Of a stretch of 64,000 nucleotides of DNA, positions 63,181 through 64,000 are shown one piece after another. A program made the position numbers and the translations under genes. The notes under the pieces were generated by a model. It saw only the letters and a list, made by a program, of their open reading frames with translations. It had not been told where the DNA came from and made no database searches. The stretch is from positions 32,001 to 96,000 of IMG/VR virus record IMGVR_UViG_3300044653_000068. The stretch is one strand, 5' to 3'. This DNA is from a virus. Every line of letters begins with the position of its first letter. The stretch's first letter is position 1.

Positions 63181-64000
63181 GCCCCGTGCAACAGCGGTAA
63201 GTAGCTGAACATTCCGGCCTTCAGGCTGAGCGGTCGGTTGCGGCCGGCGCTGTGCTTGTTGGCCGGGTAGCCCATCTGGGTGAGCCGGGTTCCGAATTTG
63301 GTGTTGGTCATGATCTCGGAGCGGGCCAGGTTGTTGCGGACGCCCCACGCCACGAACGCCTCGTAGAGCTGCCCGCCCGGGGTGCTGCCCTTCGGCTCGC
63401 ACCCGTCGTGCACGAACCGGGCGACGTGATCCTGCTCGGTGACGGCCTCCGCGAACGGGGTCAGCGCCTCGGCCGCCATGTCGGTCAGGGAGGGGTCCGC
63501 CATCACCCTGCTGGCCCGCTGCATCATCTCCCACAGCACCGCCGGGGCCTCGGCCTTCCAGGCGTCCGACAGGCCGCTGTGCCCGTCCCAGATCTTCCTG
63601 GACACCGCGCCGATCCGCTTCCTGTCCCCGGGGATGGGAAGATAGCGCACGCGCACCGCCCAGACGTTCTCGTCGGTCAGCGGCAGGTCGTCGTTGCCCG
63701 CCAGCAGCAGGGTGTGCTGCATGGTGAACGTGACCGGCATCTTGCCGTTGACCGCGCGCCCGGTGAGCTTCCCGCCGCCTGACAGGTTCTTCAGCTTCTC
63801 GGTGGCGATCTTGGACGCGGGCGGCGTCTCGTCCATCCACACCAGGCGCTTGCCCTTCAGCCGCAGGAACGTCTCGTCGTGCCCGGTGCGGCCCGTCAGG
63901 ATCTGCGCCGGGAGCTGCTCCGCGTACGACCCGAGCAGGTCCACCAGGACCATGAGGCGCGTCGTCTTGCCCATGTTGCCGTCGCTCTTGAAGTTGGGCA
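63048..64000 (-). CDS. D5/P4-family primase-helicase, 5' partial
   Basis: GNMGKTT Walker A, LKGKRLVWMDE, LKNLSGG..LTGR, GN..LP, C-terminal winged helix LYEAF..W. Confidence 0.9.
   Translation of the reverse strand, partial: PNFKSDGNMGKTTRLMVLVDLLGSYAEQLPAQILTGRTGHDETFLRLKGKRLVWMDETPPASKIATEKLKNLSGGGKLTGRAVNGKMPVTFTMQHTLLLAGNDDLPLTDENVWAVRVRYLPIPGDRKRIGAVSRKIWDGHSGLSDAWKAEAPAVLWEMMQRASRVMADPSLTDMAAEALTPFAEAVTEQDHVARFVHDGCEPKGSTPGGQLYEAFVAWGVRNNLARSEIMTNTKFGTRLTQMGYPANKHSAGRNRPLSLKAGMFSYLPLLHGACQITPAPSWCPSTAARSAPSSTRAGASRTCQTWPVPSASGPTT

Overview
A 64 kb slice of a high-GC tailed dsDNA phage with HK97-type head genes. The host is most likely a filamentous actinomycete, based on DUF397, DUF1707, Ku, TANNNT promoters and many leaderless genes. 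All calls are from motif reading by eye; no searches or folding were run. Bases 1-29.8k, minus strand: HNH, tRNAs, small and large terminase, Thg1-like protein, portal, prohead protease, major capsid, small putative virion proteins, a papain-like protease, a VIT1-like transporter, a five-gene sugar-modification/glycosyltransferase cluster, and Ser/Thr/Gly-rich virion proteins. Bases 29.9-32.35k: no convincing genes; repeats and palindromes (probable genome terminus) are followed by about 1.2 kb of densely base-paired sequence that looks like an undescribed large ncRNA. Bases 32.4-53.9k, plus strand: small early/accessory genes, FAD monooxygenase, DUF3631-like protein, Ku, DUF1707, DUF397, and a secreted lysozyme-like plus NlpC/P60 hydrolase. 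Bases 53.8-64k, minus strand: HNH, lysis genes, family A DNA polymerase, a probable origin with two perfect DnaA boxes, a BRO-N protein and a partial D5/P4-type primase-helicase. No integrase, CRISPR array or tape measure gene is visible. Top leads are the large structured RNA, the virion glycan pathway, non-canonical tRNA-like RNAs, a His-Leu motif shared by two secreted hydrolases, and an exact 200-bp gene duplication.
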